Source of the DNA: a bacterium
GTDB taxonomy: Bacteria; UBA8248
Direction of reading: 5' to 3'
DNA: 64,000 bases
Assembly: GCA_965221165.1 (NCBI GenBank)
Contig: CBDCRP010000002.1
Location: 736,001 to 800,000 of the forward strand
Under the pieces are notes generated by a model. The model was not told the origin of the DNA. It saw only the letters and a list, made by a program, of their open reading frames with translations, and did no database searches. Of this stretch, positions 19,054 to 29,429 are shown piece after piece; positions within the stretch are counted from its first letter, which is position 1; each line of letters begins with the position of its first letter. Made by a program: the position numbers and the translations under genes.

Positions 19054-21147
19054 TTGTTGCGAATCGGGATCGACATCGGCGGGACTTTTACCGATCTGGC
19101 CTTTTTCGATGAGGATACGGGTGAAGCTTACGTCGGCAAGGTTCTCACGACGCCCGCGGATCCTTCAATAGGGGCGATGGAGAGTTTGAAAAAGGAATTC
19201 TCGACCCGAAAGATAGCCGAAAAAGGTGTACGGCATCTTGTGCACGGGACGACTCTCGTGGCCAACGCCATTATCGAGCGCAAGGGCGCCAAGACGGCGC
19301 TTCTCACGACAAAAGGATTTGAAGGTATCCTGGAAATGAGGCGCGAACTCAGGTATGACCTCTACGACTTGTTTTCCGAAATGCCGGCTCCGCTGGTATC
19401 CGGCTCCCATCGAAAAGGGGTGAACGAGAGAATCGCAGCGGACGGCTCGGTGGTCACCCCCATAGACCTTGATGAGGTCGCATCCCTTGTCACGCAGCTC
19501 AAGGCGGAAAGCGTCGAGGCCATCGCCGTTTCGCTTCTCCATTCATTCTCCAACCCTTCCCATGAACGAAGTTTGAAAGCTTTGATCGAGGAGGTTGCCC
19601 CTGACCTTTTCGTTTCGATCTCCTCTGACGTGAACCCCGAGATCAGAGAATTCGAGCGCACTTCAACGACCGTGGCGAATGTTTTCGTCAAGCCGCTCAT
19701 GAAGCAATACCTCTTGAGGTTTCAGGAGGAGCTCGCTCGCTTGGGGTTGGAGGATCTCCTGTTCGTGGTGCTCTCGAGCGGCGGGGTGGCGACCTGCCGC
19801 GTCGCCGAGGAATATCCGATTCGTGTCATAGAATCTGGCCCCGCCGCAGGGGCCATCGCGGCGGCATGGTGGGGTAAGCTTCTTTCGAAAGAAAACCTCA
19901 TCTCCTTTGATATGGGAGGTACTACGGCGAAGGCTTGTTTTATTCACGACTCCAAACCGCTCACCACGAACGCCGCTGAGGTGGCGAGAATCTACCGGTT
20001 CAAGAAGGGTAGTGGAATAGCGCTGCGGGTTCCTGGAATCGATCTAATCGAAATCGGTGCGGGGGGCGGGAGCATCGCTTCGGTGGACAAGATGGGCCTT
20101 TTGAAGGTGGGTCCCGAGAGCGCAGGGGCCGACCCCGGCCCCGCCTGCTACGGCAGGGGCGGGGAGGAGCCCACCGTGACCGACGCCGATCTCGTGCTGG
20201 GATACCTGAACCCCGACTACTTCCTCGGCGGTGAGATGAAACTAGACGTGAAGCGGGCCCAGGAGGCGATACGAAAGAAGGTGGCCGAGCCGCTCGGACT
20301 CGACCTGGCGATGGCCGCATGGGGAATCCACCAGATCGTCAACGAAAACATGGTGAACGCTGTCCGGGTTCACGCGGCGGAGAAGGGGATAGACTCCCGG
20401 CGGCACGATTTCATCGCCTTCGGCGGCGCCGGTCCCATACACGCGAATCGGGTTGCCGAGAGTCTTGCCCTGAAGACCGTGATCTGCCCTTTCTCTGCGG
20501 GCGTGATGTCCGCTCTAGGCCTTCTGGTCGCTCCCTTCGCGTTCCACCTCGTGCGAACGTACCGAGTAAGGCTGAATTCTTTGATCACAAGGGCAATTGA
20601 GGAGAACTACCTTGAGATGGAGGAGGAGGCCCGAAGTCTCATGGCTCAGGCTCGACTCGATGGGGAGCAGATAAAGTTCAACAGGTCCGCCGACATGAGA
20701 TATCAGGGTCAGAACTACGACATCAATGTGCCACTTGAGGGAGCTGGTCTGCGAGATTGGACGGCCGAGCTCCTGCGAGGGTGCTTTGAGCGAGAATATC
20801 GGCGCCTCTACCAACGCCACAATCCGGATATCGAAGTGGAGGTGTTGAACTGGAGGTTGGAGGCCATCGCACGGGAATCCGCGGCGCCGTTCAAACGGAT
20901 CGAGCCAAAGGCCGGGCGATCGGAGAGCGCCATTAAAGGAGAGCGGAAGGTGTATTTTCCCGAGCTCGGTGGATTTGTGGCCACGAAGGTTTACGATCGC
21001 TACTCGCTTTTTCCGGGGGCGGAGATGGGGGGGCCGGCGATCGTGGAGGAGCGCGAATCCACGGTAGTCGCCGGGCCAAACTCTCTCGTTAAGATCGACG
21101 ATCACCTGAATCTCGTGCTGACCCTGGGCGGGCGAGGAGACGCCTGA
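19054..21147 (+). CDS. Hydantoinase A/oxoprolinase subunit (copy 2)
   Basis: GIDIGGTFTD, ESGPAAG, FDMGGTTA and GPESAGADPGPACYG motifs; TTG start with GGAGG RBS. Confidence 0.94.
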   Translation: MLRIGIDIGGTFTDLAFFDEDTGEAYVGKVLTTPADPSIGAMESLKKEFSTRKIAEKGVRHLVHGTTLVANAIIERKGAKTALLTTKGFEGILEMRRELRYDLYDLFSEMPAPLVSGSHRKGVNERIAADGSVVTPIDLDEVASLVTQLKAESVEAIAVSLLHSFSNPSHERSLKALIEEVAPDLFVSISSDVNPEIREFERTSTTVANVFVKPLMKQYLLRFQEELARLGLEDLLFVVLSSGGVATCRVAEEYPIRVIESGPAAGAIAAAWWGKLLSKENLISFDMGGTTAKACFIHDSKPLTTNAAEVARIYRFKKGSGIALRVPGIDLIEIGAGGGSIASVDKMGLLKVGPESAGADPGPACYGRGGEEPTVTDADLVLGYLNPDYFLGGEMKLDVKRAQEAIRKKVAEPLGLDLAMAAWGIHQIVNENMVNAVRVHAAEKGIDSRRHDFIAFGGAGPIHANRVAESLALKTVICPFSAGVMSALGLLVAPFAFHLVRTYRVRLNSLITRAIEENYLEMEEEARSLMAQARLDGEQIKFNRSADMRYQGQNYDINVPLEGAGLRDWTAELLRGCFEREYRRLYQRHNPDIEVEVLNWRLEAIARESAAPFKRIEPKAGRSESAIKGERKVYFPELGGFVATKVYDRYSLFPGAEMGGPAIVEERESTVVAGPNSLVKIDDHLNLVLTLGGRGDA

Positions 21148-21149
21148 AC

Positions 21150-22862
21150 ATGATGGACCCGATTCTTCTGGAAGTGTTTTGGAACAGGTTGACCTCCATC
21201 GCGCATGAGGCCGCTGTCGCCCTCATGCGCGCTTCGTTCTCTTCCGTTTTGAGCGAGGCGGGGGATATATCCTTCGGGATATTCGATCCGGAAGGCAACA
21301 TGATGGCGCAGGCGGAGATCGGAACTCCTGGCCACATCTATTCCATCGCCACGGGGGTGAAGCAATTCTTGAAGAAATTCCCCGCGCACGCGCTTGAGCC
21401 TGGCGATTCCCTCATCGGCAACGACCCCTGGCTCTTCTCCGGACACAAAATCGATCTGACGGTCGCCACCCCGATCTTTTCCGACGGAAAGCTGGCGAGC
21501 TTTTTCGCGAGCACCTGCCACGTGATGGACATGGGAGGGCGGGGATGGTCGGCCGATTCGACCGACCTTTTCGAGGAAGGCTTGGAAATTCCTCTGATGA
21601 AAATCTACAAGAGGGGAGAACCGAACCAAGAGCTATTCGAAATCATCGCTGACAACGTGCGGGAGCCGGACTCGGTAATCGGGGACATCAGGGCTCAAGT
21701 TTCCGCGAACGAGATTGCCGGTGAGATGATACGGGAATTCATGAGGGTCTACGGGCTGGAAAGCTTGATGCCGCTGTCCAAGGCCATGCGGGGAAAATCC
21801 GAGGAGCGGATGCGTCAGGCGATTAAGGCCATTCCGAATGGAAGCTACTCGGGGGAAGCTTCTTTCGATGGGTTCGAGGAAATCTTGAAGATCGCCCTGC
21901 AGGTGACGATCGAGGATGACGGAATCCTTGTCGACTTCTCGGGGACCTCCCCTCAGATAGGGCGGGCCCTGAACTCCACCTACCAGTGGACCTGCGGCTA
22001 CACGGTGTATCCCCTCAAGTGCATGATTTGCCCCGATGTCCCGAACAACGAGGGCACGCTCCGGCCGATCAGGATCACTGCTCCGGAAGGCTGTATCCTC
22101 AACGCGCGCCGCCCTGCTCCCGTGGGCGCCCGGCAGATCACGGGAATGTTCATCTCACCCGCATTGCTTCAAGCACTTTCCAATGTGATACCCGACAAGG
22201 TGATCGCCGACAGTGGGGTGCACTCGGCGCTACAGTTCCGAGGGACCAAAGGAAACGGCGATTCCTGGAGCTCCGTTTTCTTCTCCACGCCGGGCATGGG
22301 AGCGAGGCCAACGAAGGATGGCTTTTCGACCGTGGGCTATCCGGTGAACATATCCAATACCCCATTGGAGATCATCGAGGCCGACTCTCCGCTGTTTTTC
22401 CTGGAGAGGTCCTTGGTTTGTGACTCCGGTGGAGCCGGGAAGTTCAGAGGCGGTGTCGGCCAGCGTCAGCGGATCAAGCTGGCGGGCGAGGGAAGCTGGG
22501 AGTTTGCCCCCATGATCGACCGCGTCCGTGTACCGGCGAAAGGCTTCTTCGGCGGGCTTAGTGGCTCTCCCGCGGACGTTGTGGTGAACGATGAGCGTCG
22601 GCCCCATCCGAAAACCAAATTCAACCTCGAGAAAGATGATGTCCTGACTATCCAGTTGGCGGGCGGTGGAGGTTTCTACTCTCCCCTCGAGCGTGACCCC
22701 GAGCTCGTCCTTTCGGACGTGCTCAATGGGTACATTTCGTCCGAGGCGGCGCGAATAATATACGGTGTCGCCCTTGACTCGAATGGCAAGAAAGTAGACA
22801 ATAAACTCACAAAACAAATCAGATCCAATAGCCTCGCCTCGAAAGCAGAGGCGCCTGACTGA
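21150..22862 (+). CDS. Hydantoinase B/oxoprolinase subunit (copy 2)
   Basis: NDPWLFSGHKID, HVMDMGG, FEEGLEIP and DSGGAGKFRGG motifs. Confidence 0.93.
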   Translation: MMDPILLEVFWNRLTSIAHEAAVALMRASFSSVLSEAGDISFGIFDPEGNMMAQAEIGTPGHIYSIATGVKQFLKKFPAHALEPGDSLIGNDPWLFSGHKIDLTVATPIFSDGKLASFFASTCHVMDMGGRGWSADSTDLFEEGLEIPLMKIYKRGEPNQELFEIIADNVREPDSVIGDIRAQVSANEIAGEMIREFMRVYGLESLMPLSKAMRGKSEERMRQAIKAIPNGSYSGEASFDGFEEILKIALQVTIEDDGILVDFSGTSPQIGRALNSTYQWTCGYTVYPLKCMICPDVPNNEGTLRPIRITAPEGCILNARRPAPVGARQITGMFISPALLQALSNVIPDKVIADSGVHSALQFRGTKGNGDSWSSVFFSTPGMGARPTKDGFSTVGYPVNISNTPLEIIEADSPLFFLERSLVCDSGGAGKFRGGVGQRQRIKLAGEGSWEFAPMIDRVRVPAKGFFGGLSGSPADVVVNDERRPHPKTKFNLEKDDVLTIQLAGGGGFYSPLERDPELVLSDVLNGYISSEAARIIYGVALDSNGKKVDNKLTKQIRSNSLASKAEAPD

Positions 22863-22979
22863 GTAGATGTGGATTTGCTCTTCGTAGTTGCGGTGGGTGC
22901 GGTGCTTCCGGAGATTTTATAAGGCTGCGCTGGGGAGGATCTTCCCCATCTCGTTTCCATCAATGGAGGAGGAAAGGTC

Positions 22980-24446
22980 ATGTGGCGGAAGAAAGTCATC
23001 ATGCTGGGCCTGTTTGCTGCAATGGGCGTAGTTTGGTCAGTCGCTCCGGGATACGCAGCCATGATTCCCGGGAGCACCCCGGAGGAGAGGGCGATCAATG
23101 GGGCAAAAGCCTACATGAAGGAGAAAGGCCTCAAGAACCTCACGATGAACGTATTGATCAACACGCTCCAGGCGCGGGCCCTGCGCCACGTAGGGCCCGA
23201 GTTCGAGAAGGCGACGGGGATCAAGCTTAAATTGATCGAGATGGGCTATACGGATATGACGCAAAAGGTGCTGGCGGAGGCCGTCGCCAAATCGGGGGCC
23301 TACCACGTGATCATGCACTTTGCCGACTCGATCCCCGACGGTGTAGAGTCGGGCGTGCTGATTCCGTTTGACCCGTTTATTGAGAGATACAAGCCGGACG
23401 TTGAGGGATTCTTGAAGTTCATCGACATGGCGAAATACAAGGGCAAGACCTACGCCTTCCCGGGGGATGGATCGGCGTTCGGCCTCTGGGCGCGGAAGGA
23501 CCTTCTCGAGAACCCGAAAGAGAAGGCGAACTACAAGGCGAAGTATGGCTACGAGTTGGGCTGCCCCGAAACCTGGGGACGGCTCCGGGACATCGCCGAG
23601 TTTTTCACGAGAGACACGAATGGCGACGGCAAGATAGACCTTTATGGGTACCATGGCTACCGGGCGCGCAATTTCGCCTCCAAATGGTGGCTCCAACGTT
23701 TTCTTTCGATGGGGAAGCTTCCCTTCGATGAGAACATGAACCCCCTGATCGACGGGCCGGAGGGGGTGCATGCCACCAAACAATTCGTCGCGGTGCACAA
23801 GTTCATGCACCCGGACGTCTTGGGGTGGGGCACGGCCCAGCATTATCCCTTCTGGGGGTCAGGCAAGGTGGCCACCTTCCTCGCATGGGGTTCGGCGATG
23901 TCCTACGCGCGCAACCCGGCGCGAAAGCCGCCGATGAGAGACAAGGTCATGGCGTGCATTATCCCGGGCTCCAGGTTCAGCGGGCGGCTCATCCGCTGGT
24001 CGGTTCACGTGAACGGCCCCCTGTGGATGGTGAGCCGGTATGCTCCCCATCCGGAGTTGGCCTACACCCTCGCCCAGTGGATCTCCTCGCCGAAGTCGAG
24101 CGCCAAATTCGTCGCATTCCCGCGCGGGGTCTCCAAACCCTACCGAAAGACCCACGGGGCGGATCCGGGTATCCAGAATACGTACGGGAAGAGCTTCCTC
24201 GAGGTGAACGAAAAGCATCTCCAAACCCTCACGCCCACGATTCATCTCGTTGCCTTCCAGGAGTATATGGACGCCCTGGACACGCGCGTCCTGGACGTAA
24301 TCCTGGGCAAGACCAGCGCCGAGGAGGCGATGAAGCGCGCCAAGGCGGACTGGAACCGGATCACGAACGACGTCGGGAGGAACAATCAGATCGAGGCCTG
24401 GAAGACGCAGATCCCGCTCTACCCGAAGATAGACGCGCCCAAGTAG
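22980..24446 (+). CDS. Carbohydrate-type (CUT1) ABC substrate-binding protein
   Basis: Signal peptide; FEKATGIK, YKGKTYAFP, ARKDLL and PETW..LRDIAEFFT motifs. Confidence 0.85.
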   Translation: MWRKKVIMLGLFAAMGVVWSVAPGYAAMIPGSTPEERAINGAKAYMKEKGLKNLTMNVLINTLQARALRHVGPEFEKATGIKLKLIEMGYTDMTQKVLAEAVAKSGAYHVIMHFADSIPDGVESGVLIPFDPFIERYKPDVEGFLKFIDMAKYKGKTYAFPGDGSAFGLWARKDLLENPKEKANYKAKYGYELGCPETWGRLRDIAEFFTRDTNGDGKIDLYGYHGYRARNFASKWWLQRFLSMGKLPFDENMNPLIDGPEGVHATKQFVAVHKFMHPDVLGWGTAQHYPFWGSGKVATFLAWGSAMSYARNPARKPPMRDKVMACIIPGSRFSGRLIRWSVHVNGPLWMVSRYAPHPELAYTLAQWISSPKSSAKFVAFPRGVSKPYRKTHGADPGIQNTYGKSFLEVNEKHLQTLTPTIHLVAFQEYMDALDTRVLDVILGKTSAEEAMKRAKADWNRITNDVGRNNQIEAWKTQIPLYPKIDAPK

Positions 24447-24662
24447 AAATTGGCGGCGCAGGTTACCTCGCGCGGGGGAGGATCGCCGAAGCTTATTTCG
24501 AGAGGGCGCGTCTCCCCCCTGCGTGAGGTGCCGTAACGCCCGGGCCTCCGCGGGTTGGAAGCTATTGTCTGCGGCGCGGACCGGCGAGAGACCGGCATAA
24601 TATTGCCTCTTGTATTTCGGGAGCTTAGCCGAGGGGGTGGAATCCACGTCGGAGGTGAGGTT

Positions 24663-26735
24663 TTGCTGACGATCGGAATTGATACTGGTGGTACGTTCAC
24701 GGATTTTGTCCTCTTCGACAGTGAAAAGAGCGAGTTTGCGATAGGGAAGGTTCCCACAACGCCCGAGGAGCCTTCCCATGGCATCGTTCAAGGGCTTCGG
24801 GCGCTCGTCGAGCCCGATCGCCCGCTGCAGAACATCATCCATGGGACCACGCTCGCCGTGAACGCCATTATCGAGCGCAAGGGTGTGCCCACCGGTCTCA
24901 TTTCGACAAAAGGTTTCCGGGATGTTCTCGAGATTGCCCGCGAGAAGAGGTACGACCATTACGATATCCTCTTGGAATTGCCGGAGCCACTGGTCCCGCG
25001 ACCCTTGAGGACGGAAGTGTCCGAGAGGCTCTCCAACGACGGGACGGCGATCGTCCCGCTGGACCCTCGGGAGGTCGAAGAGGTTCTCGGGCGTCTAAGC
25101 GGCGCGGGCATCAAGAGCATTGCTGTCTCGCTTCTTCACTCCTACATGAATCCGGCGCACGAGCGTGAGATAAAGGCCCTCATCGAAAGGCTTCACCCGG
25201 ACATCGCCACTTCGATATCGTCCGAGGTGGTCCCCGAGATCCGGGAGTACGAACGAACTTCGACGACCGTGGCCAACGCCTATACCAAGCCCATCATGAA
25301 GCGCTACTTGCGGAAACTCCGCGATGAGCTCGATAGGCTGGGATACGGGGCGAAGGTGTTCGTCATGCTCTCAAGCGGGGGGACGGCCGCCTGCGAGGTC
25401 GCGGAGGAATTTCCGATTCGCGCCGTCGAGTCCGGCCCCGCCGCCGGCGCTATCGCGGCCGCCTCGATGAGTCTGGCGTTGAGACACGATCGAGTGCTCT
25501 CCTTCGACATGGGAGGAACCACGGCCAAAGTCACCCTCATCAAAGATGGGGTGCCGAAGAGGACGACCGATTTCGAAGTCGCCAGGGTATATCGCTTCAA
25601 GAAAGGAAGCGGTCTTCCCATCAAGCTGCCGGTCATAGAGATGACGGAAATCGGTGCGGGGGGCGGGAGCATCGCCTCGGTGGACAAGATGGGATTTTTG
25701 AAGGTGGGTCCCGAGAGCGCAGGGGCCGACCCCGGCCCCGCCTGCTACGGCAGGGGCGGGGAGGATCCCACCGTGACCGACGCCGATCTCGTGCTGGGAT
25801 ACCTGAACCCCGGCTACTTCCTCGGCGGTGAGATGAAACTAGACGTGAAGCGGGCCCAGGAGGCGATACGAAAGAAGGTGGCCGAGCCGCTCGGACTCGA
25901 CCTGGCGACGGCCGCATGGGGAATCCACGAGATCGTCGACGAGAACATGGCGAACAGCGCGCGCATCCTGGCCGTGGAAAAGGGGGAAGACCTCGCAGCC
26001 TACTCCCTGATGGCGTTCGGGGGCGCGGGGCCGGTGCACGCCTACTGGGTGGCGAAGCGATTGGGGAACAAGAAGATCGTTTGTCCGTACGCCGCCGGCG
26101 TCTTATCGGCCCTGGGCCTGACGCTGGCGCCGCTTTCCTTCGATTTCGTGAGGTCCTATCTCCGCCGTCTCGATACTTTGGATCTCGATGAAATCAATGC
26201 GCTCTACAAGGAACTCGAGGAAGAAGGCGCGAGGCTTCTGATGAGCGCGGGAGCCGAGAGGGAGGAGATTCAAGTTACGCGGACCTGCGACATGCGCTAC
26301 GTCCGCCAGGGCTTTGAAATCGTTGTGCCCATTCCGCCGGGAACCCTTGCCGATGGTGAACGAGAGCGAATATACAAGGAATTCGAGAAGGAATACGAAA
26401 AGCTCTATTTCAAAACGAATCCCGATATGCCGATCGAGGCGCTCAACTGGCGACTCCACGCGGCCCGGGCGGGAAGTCCCATTGACCTTCGCCGCATCTT
26501 CGCGGGGTTGCGAGAGCAGGCCGGCGAAGAACACAAAGGGAAGAGGATGGTCTATCTTCCGGAATACGGGGAATATCGCGAGAGCGACGTTTTCGATCGG
26601 TACGCCCTGAAACCAAATCGCGCCATTCGGGGCCCGGCCATCATCGAGGAGAAAGAATCGACGGTCGTCGTGGGCCCGGACGCATACGCCACAATCGATG
26701 AGTACTTCAACGTGGTCATCGAGATGTCGGGATAG
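24663..26735 (+). CDS. Hydantoinase A/oxoprolinase subunit (copy 3)
   Basis: GIDTGGTFTD, HGTTLAVNA, FDMGGTTA and GPACYG motifs; TTG start after GGAGG. Confidence 0.93.
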   Translation: MLTIGIDTGGTFTDFVLFDSEKSEFAIGKVPTTPEEPSHGIVQGLRALVEPDRPLQNIIHGTTLAVNAIIERKGVPTGLISTKGFRDVLEIAREKRYDHYDILLELPEPLVPRPLRTEVSERLSNDGTAIVPLDPREVEEVLGRLSGAGIKSIAVSLLHSYMNPAHEREIKALIERLHPDIATSISSEVVPEIREYERTSTTVANAYTKPIMKRYLRKLRDELDRLGYGAKVFVMLSSGGTAACEVAEEFPIRAVESGPAAGAIAAASMSLALRHDRVLSFDMGGTTAKVTLIKDGVPKRTTDFEVARVYRFKKGSGLPIKLPVIEMTEIGAGGGSIASVDKMGFLKVGPESAGADPGPACYGRGGEDPTVTDADLVLGYLNPGYFLGGEMKLDVKRAQEAIRKKVAEPLGLDLATAAWGIHEIVDENMANSARILAVEKGEDLAAYSLMAFGGAGPVHAYWVAKRLGNKKIVCPYAAGVLSALGLTLAPLSFDFVRSYLRRLDTLDLDEINALYKELEEEGARLLMSAGAEREEIQVTRTCDMRYVRQGFEIVVPIPPGTLADGERERIYKEFEKEYEKLYFKTNPDMPIEALNWRLHAARAGSPIDLRRIFAGLREQAGEEHKGKRMVYLPEYGEYRESDVFDRYALKPNRAIRGPAIIEEKESTVVVGPDAYATIDEYFNVVIEMSG

Positions 26736-26742
26736 GATAAAA

Positions 26743-28437
26743 ATGGAAGAGTTCGATCCCATTCGCCTGGAAGTGCTTCGGAACCGGCTCGGCTACCTCG
26801 CGGAAGAGCAGGCCCAGACGCTGATTCGGTCATCTTTCTCGACCGTGTGCCGTGAAGCGCAGGACCTCACGAGCGGCATTTTCGACATAGAAGGAAACAT
26901 GACGGTTCGCTCTTTCACGGGTCCCCCCGGGCTCGCCATGACGATGGCCCAGGGGGTGAAGCACTTCCTGAAAAAATATCCTCCGCACACTCTCAAACCC
27001 GGCGATGCCCTCATCAGCAACGACCCGTGGCTGCTCACCGGACACTATCACGACCTCACCATCGTGATGCCGGTTTTCCATCGGGGAGAGTGCGTGGCTT
27101 TTGCGGTTTGCATCTCCCATGTAACCGACGTGGGAGGAAGGGGTCTGACCGCCGATTCTCGCGAGGTGTACGAGGAGGGTATCGGGATTCCCGTGATGAA
27201 GATTTATAAGGAGGGTGTCCCCAACGAAGACCTTTTTGACATCTTGGCCTTCAACGTCCGAGTGCCGGATGAGGTGGTGGGCGACATCCATGCCATGGCG
27301 GCGGGATGCAAGGTCGGCGTGGAGAAGATAAACCAGTTTATGGACGAGTACGAGGTGAAGGATTTCACCGCCCTTTCTCACACCATCATCGCAAAGACCG
27401 AGCAGGCCCTCAAAGACCGAATCCGAGAGCTCCCGGACGGGGTGTATCGCTCCGAGGTCATGGCCGACGGATTTGACGAACCCGTCCGAATCGTCTGCGC
27501 GGTTATCGTCGATGGCTCGAATCTTACGGTTGACTATACGGGGACCGACCCCCAAATCGATCGCGGCGTGAATTCGGTTTACAACTTCTCCTGCACATAC
27601 ACGATCTACGCGATCAAGTGCGTCATCGGGCCCGACATTCCGGACAACGAGGGATGTTTCCGGGCCATCAAGATGGTGGCGCCGGAGGGATGCATCCTCA
27701 ACGCGATGCGCCCGGCCCCCGTGTGCGCCCGCCACATGATAAGCCAACACATGCCTTCGGCCATATACCAGGCGCTGGCGGATATCGTTCCGGACAGGCT
27801 ACTTGCCGAGAGCGGCATCCACATGATGATTCAGTTCGACGGCCACACCGACGAGGGAAAGAAGTTCGTCGAGGTCTTTTTCACGACCGCGGGAATGGGA
27901 GCAAGACCCATCAAGGACGGGATCTCGACCTCGGGTTTTCCCGTCATCATCTCGAACACGCCCGTGGAGGTCATCGAAAACGAGTCGCCTCTTTTAATCA
28001 CCTGCCGAGAGCTTCTCCAAGACTCGGGCGGTTCGGGGAAATTCCGAGGCGGACTCGGCCAATTCACCCGGGTGAAGCTGACGAGCAATAGTCCCACGAA
28101 TTTGTCCCCCCTCTACGAGCGGTTCAAATTTCCGGCGGGGGGGCTCAAGGGCGGAATGCCGGGAAAGAGGTCGGATTTGATCGTGAACAGCGACCTTCAC
28201 CCCCATCCAAAAATGAGTTGCCAGCTCGAAGCGGGAAGCGAGGTGGAGTTTGTTCAGGGCGGAGGGGGCGGATACCTTCCTCCGGAGCAGAGGGAACCCG
28301 AACTCGTGCTCAAAGACGTAGAGTATGGTTACGTCTCGCTCCAGCGCGCACTGGCGGATTACAAAGTGGCGATCGACGCAAACTCCCGCACCATCGATTG
28401 GGAAAAAACGCGCGCCCTGAGGGAAGCGGGAAAATGA
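26743..28437 (+). CDS. Hydantoinase B/oxoprolinase subunit (copy 3)
   Basis: NDPWLLTGHYHD, HVTDVGG, YEEGIGIP and DSGGSGKFRGG motifs. Confidence 0.93.
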   Translation: MEEFDPIRLEVLRNRLGYLAEEQAQTLIRSSFSTVCREAQDLTSGIFDIEGNMTVRSFTGPPGLAMTMAQGVKHFLKKYPPHTLKPGDALISNDPWLLTGHYHDLTIVMPVFHRGECVAFAVCISHVTDVGGRGLTADSREVYEEGIGIPVMKIYKEGVPNEDLFDILAFNVRVPDEVVGDIHAMAAGCKVGVEKINQFMDEYEVKDFTALSHTIIAKTEQALKDRIRELPDGVYRSEVMADGFDEPVRIVCAVIVDGSNLTVDYTGTDPQIDRGVNSVYNFSCTYTIYAIKCVIGPDIPDNEGCFRAIKMVAPEGCILNAMRPAPVCARHMISQHMPSAIYQALADIVPDRLLAESGIHMMIQFDGHTDEGKKFVEVFFTTAGMGARPIKDGISTSGFPVIISNTPVEVIENESPLLITCRELLQDSGGSGKFRGGLGQFTRVKLTSNSPTNLSPLYERFKFPAGGLKGGMPGKRSDLIVNSDLHPHPKMSCQLEAGSEVEFVQGGGGGYLPPEQREPELVLKDVEYGYVSLQRALADYKVAIDANSRTIDWEKTRALREAGK

Positions 28438-29429
28438 ACGAAAGAATCATGTACCTGAGAGGAGAATACGTTCCGGAGAGTGAGGCTCGAGTCTCGGTCT
28501 TCGACCGCGGAATGCTGTGGGGTGATGGGGTATACGATGTCGCCCGCACCATTCGCCATAAACCCTTCCTGCTCCGGGAGCACCTGGACCGGCTCTACCG
28601 GTCCCTTCGCATGGTGCGGATCGATCCCGGTCTGGCGAAAGACGAGATGGAGGCCGTGACCCTGGGCGTACTCGAAAGAAACCTCCCCCTTCTCGCCGAG
28701 AACGACGATTTTAGACTCGTCCAGGTCGTCACGCGCGGCGGAACCGATGGCTTTGGTCTCAGAGGGTTCGATGGCGCAGATCCCACCGTCGCGGTGTTTT
28801 GCGCATCCATTGATTTCAAGGAGATGGCCCGCCAATACCGAACGGGCGTTCGGCTCGCCACCGCTTCCATTCGCCAGCGCTCCCCGCAAAATCTTGAGGC
28901 CAAGCTCAAGTGCACGAGCAAGATGAGCCACACGCTGGCGGAGATCGAGGCGCTGCGGGCAGGGCCCGACCATATGGTTCTGCTTCAGGATAACCAGGGG
29001 CACGTGACCGAGGGGGCTTCGAGTAGCTTTTTCATCGTGAAAGACGGAAAGCTCATCACCTCCGATCCCACGAACATCCTCGGCGGCATCACGCGGGAGG
29101 GCCTGCTCAAGCTGGCGGCGGAATTGCGGATTCCTTCGGAGGAGCGCACCATCACCCTCTACGACGTGTACAACGCCGAGGAGGCGATAATTCTCGGGAC
29201 CAGTTTCTTCCTTCTTCCGGTCCGGGAGGTGAACGGCCTTGGAATAGGCGGCGAGCCGCCCGGCCCAATGTTCAAGCGGATCATGGAAGCATGGAGCGAG
29301 GCGATCGGTCACGATATCGTTGGGCAGGCGATGAGCCATCTCGGAGTGGCCGAAAAGGCGGGCGGACGGACCGGGAGTCGACTCCACGCATGGACGGCAT
29401 CCGGGAGCTCGAGAAAGGACGCTCGGTGA
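28434..29429 (+). CDS. Fold-type IV aminotransferase
   Basis: FDRGMLWGDGVYD, HLDRLYRS, TEGASSSFF and ILGGITR motifs; ATGA coupling to hydantoinase B. Confidence 0.88.
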   Translation: MNERIMYLRGEYVPESEARVSVFDRGMLWGDGVYDVARTIRHKPFLLREHLDRLYRSLRMVRIDPGLAKDEMEAVTLGVLERNLPLLAENDDFRLVQVVTRGGTDGFGLRGFDGADPTVAVFCASIDFKEMARQYRTGVRLATASIRQRSPQNLEAKLKCTSKMSHTLAEIEALRAGPDHMVLLQDNQGHVTEGASSSFFIVKDGKLITSDPTNILGGITREGLLKLAAELRIPSEERTITLYDVYNAEEAIILGTSFFLLPVREVNGLGIGGEPPGPMFKRIMEAWSEAIGHDIVGQAMSHLGVAEKAGGRTGSRLHAWTASGSSRKDAR

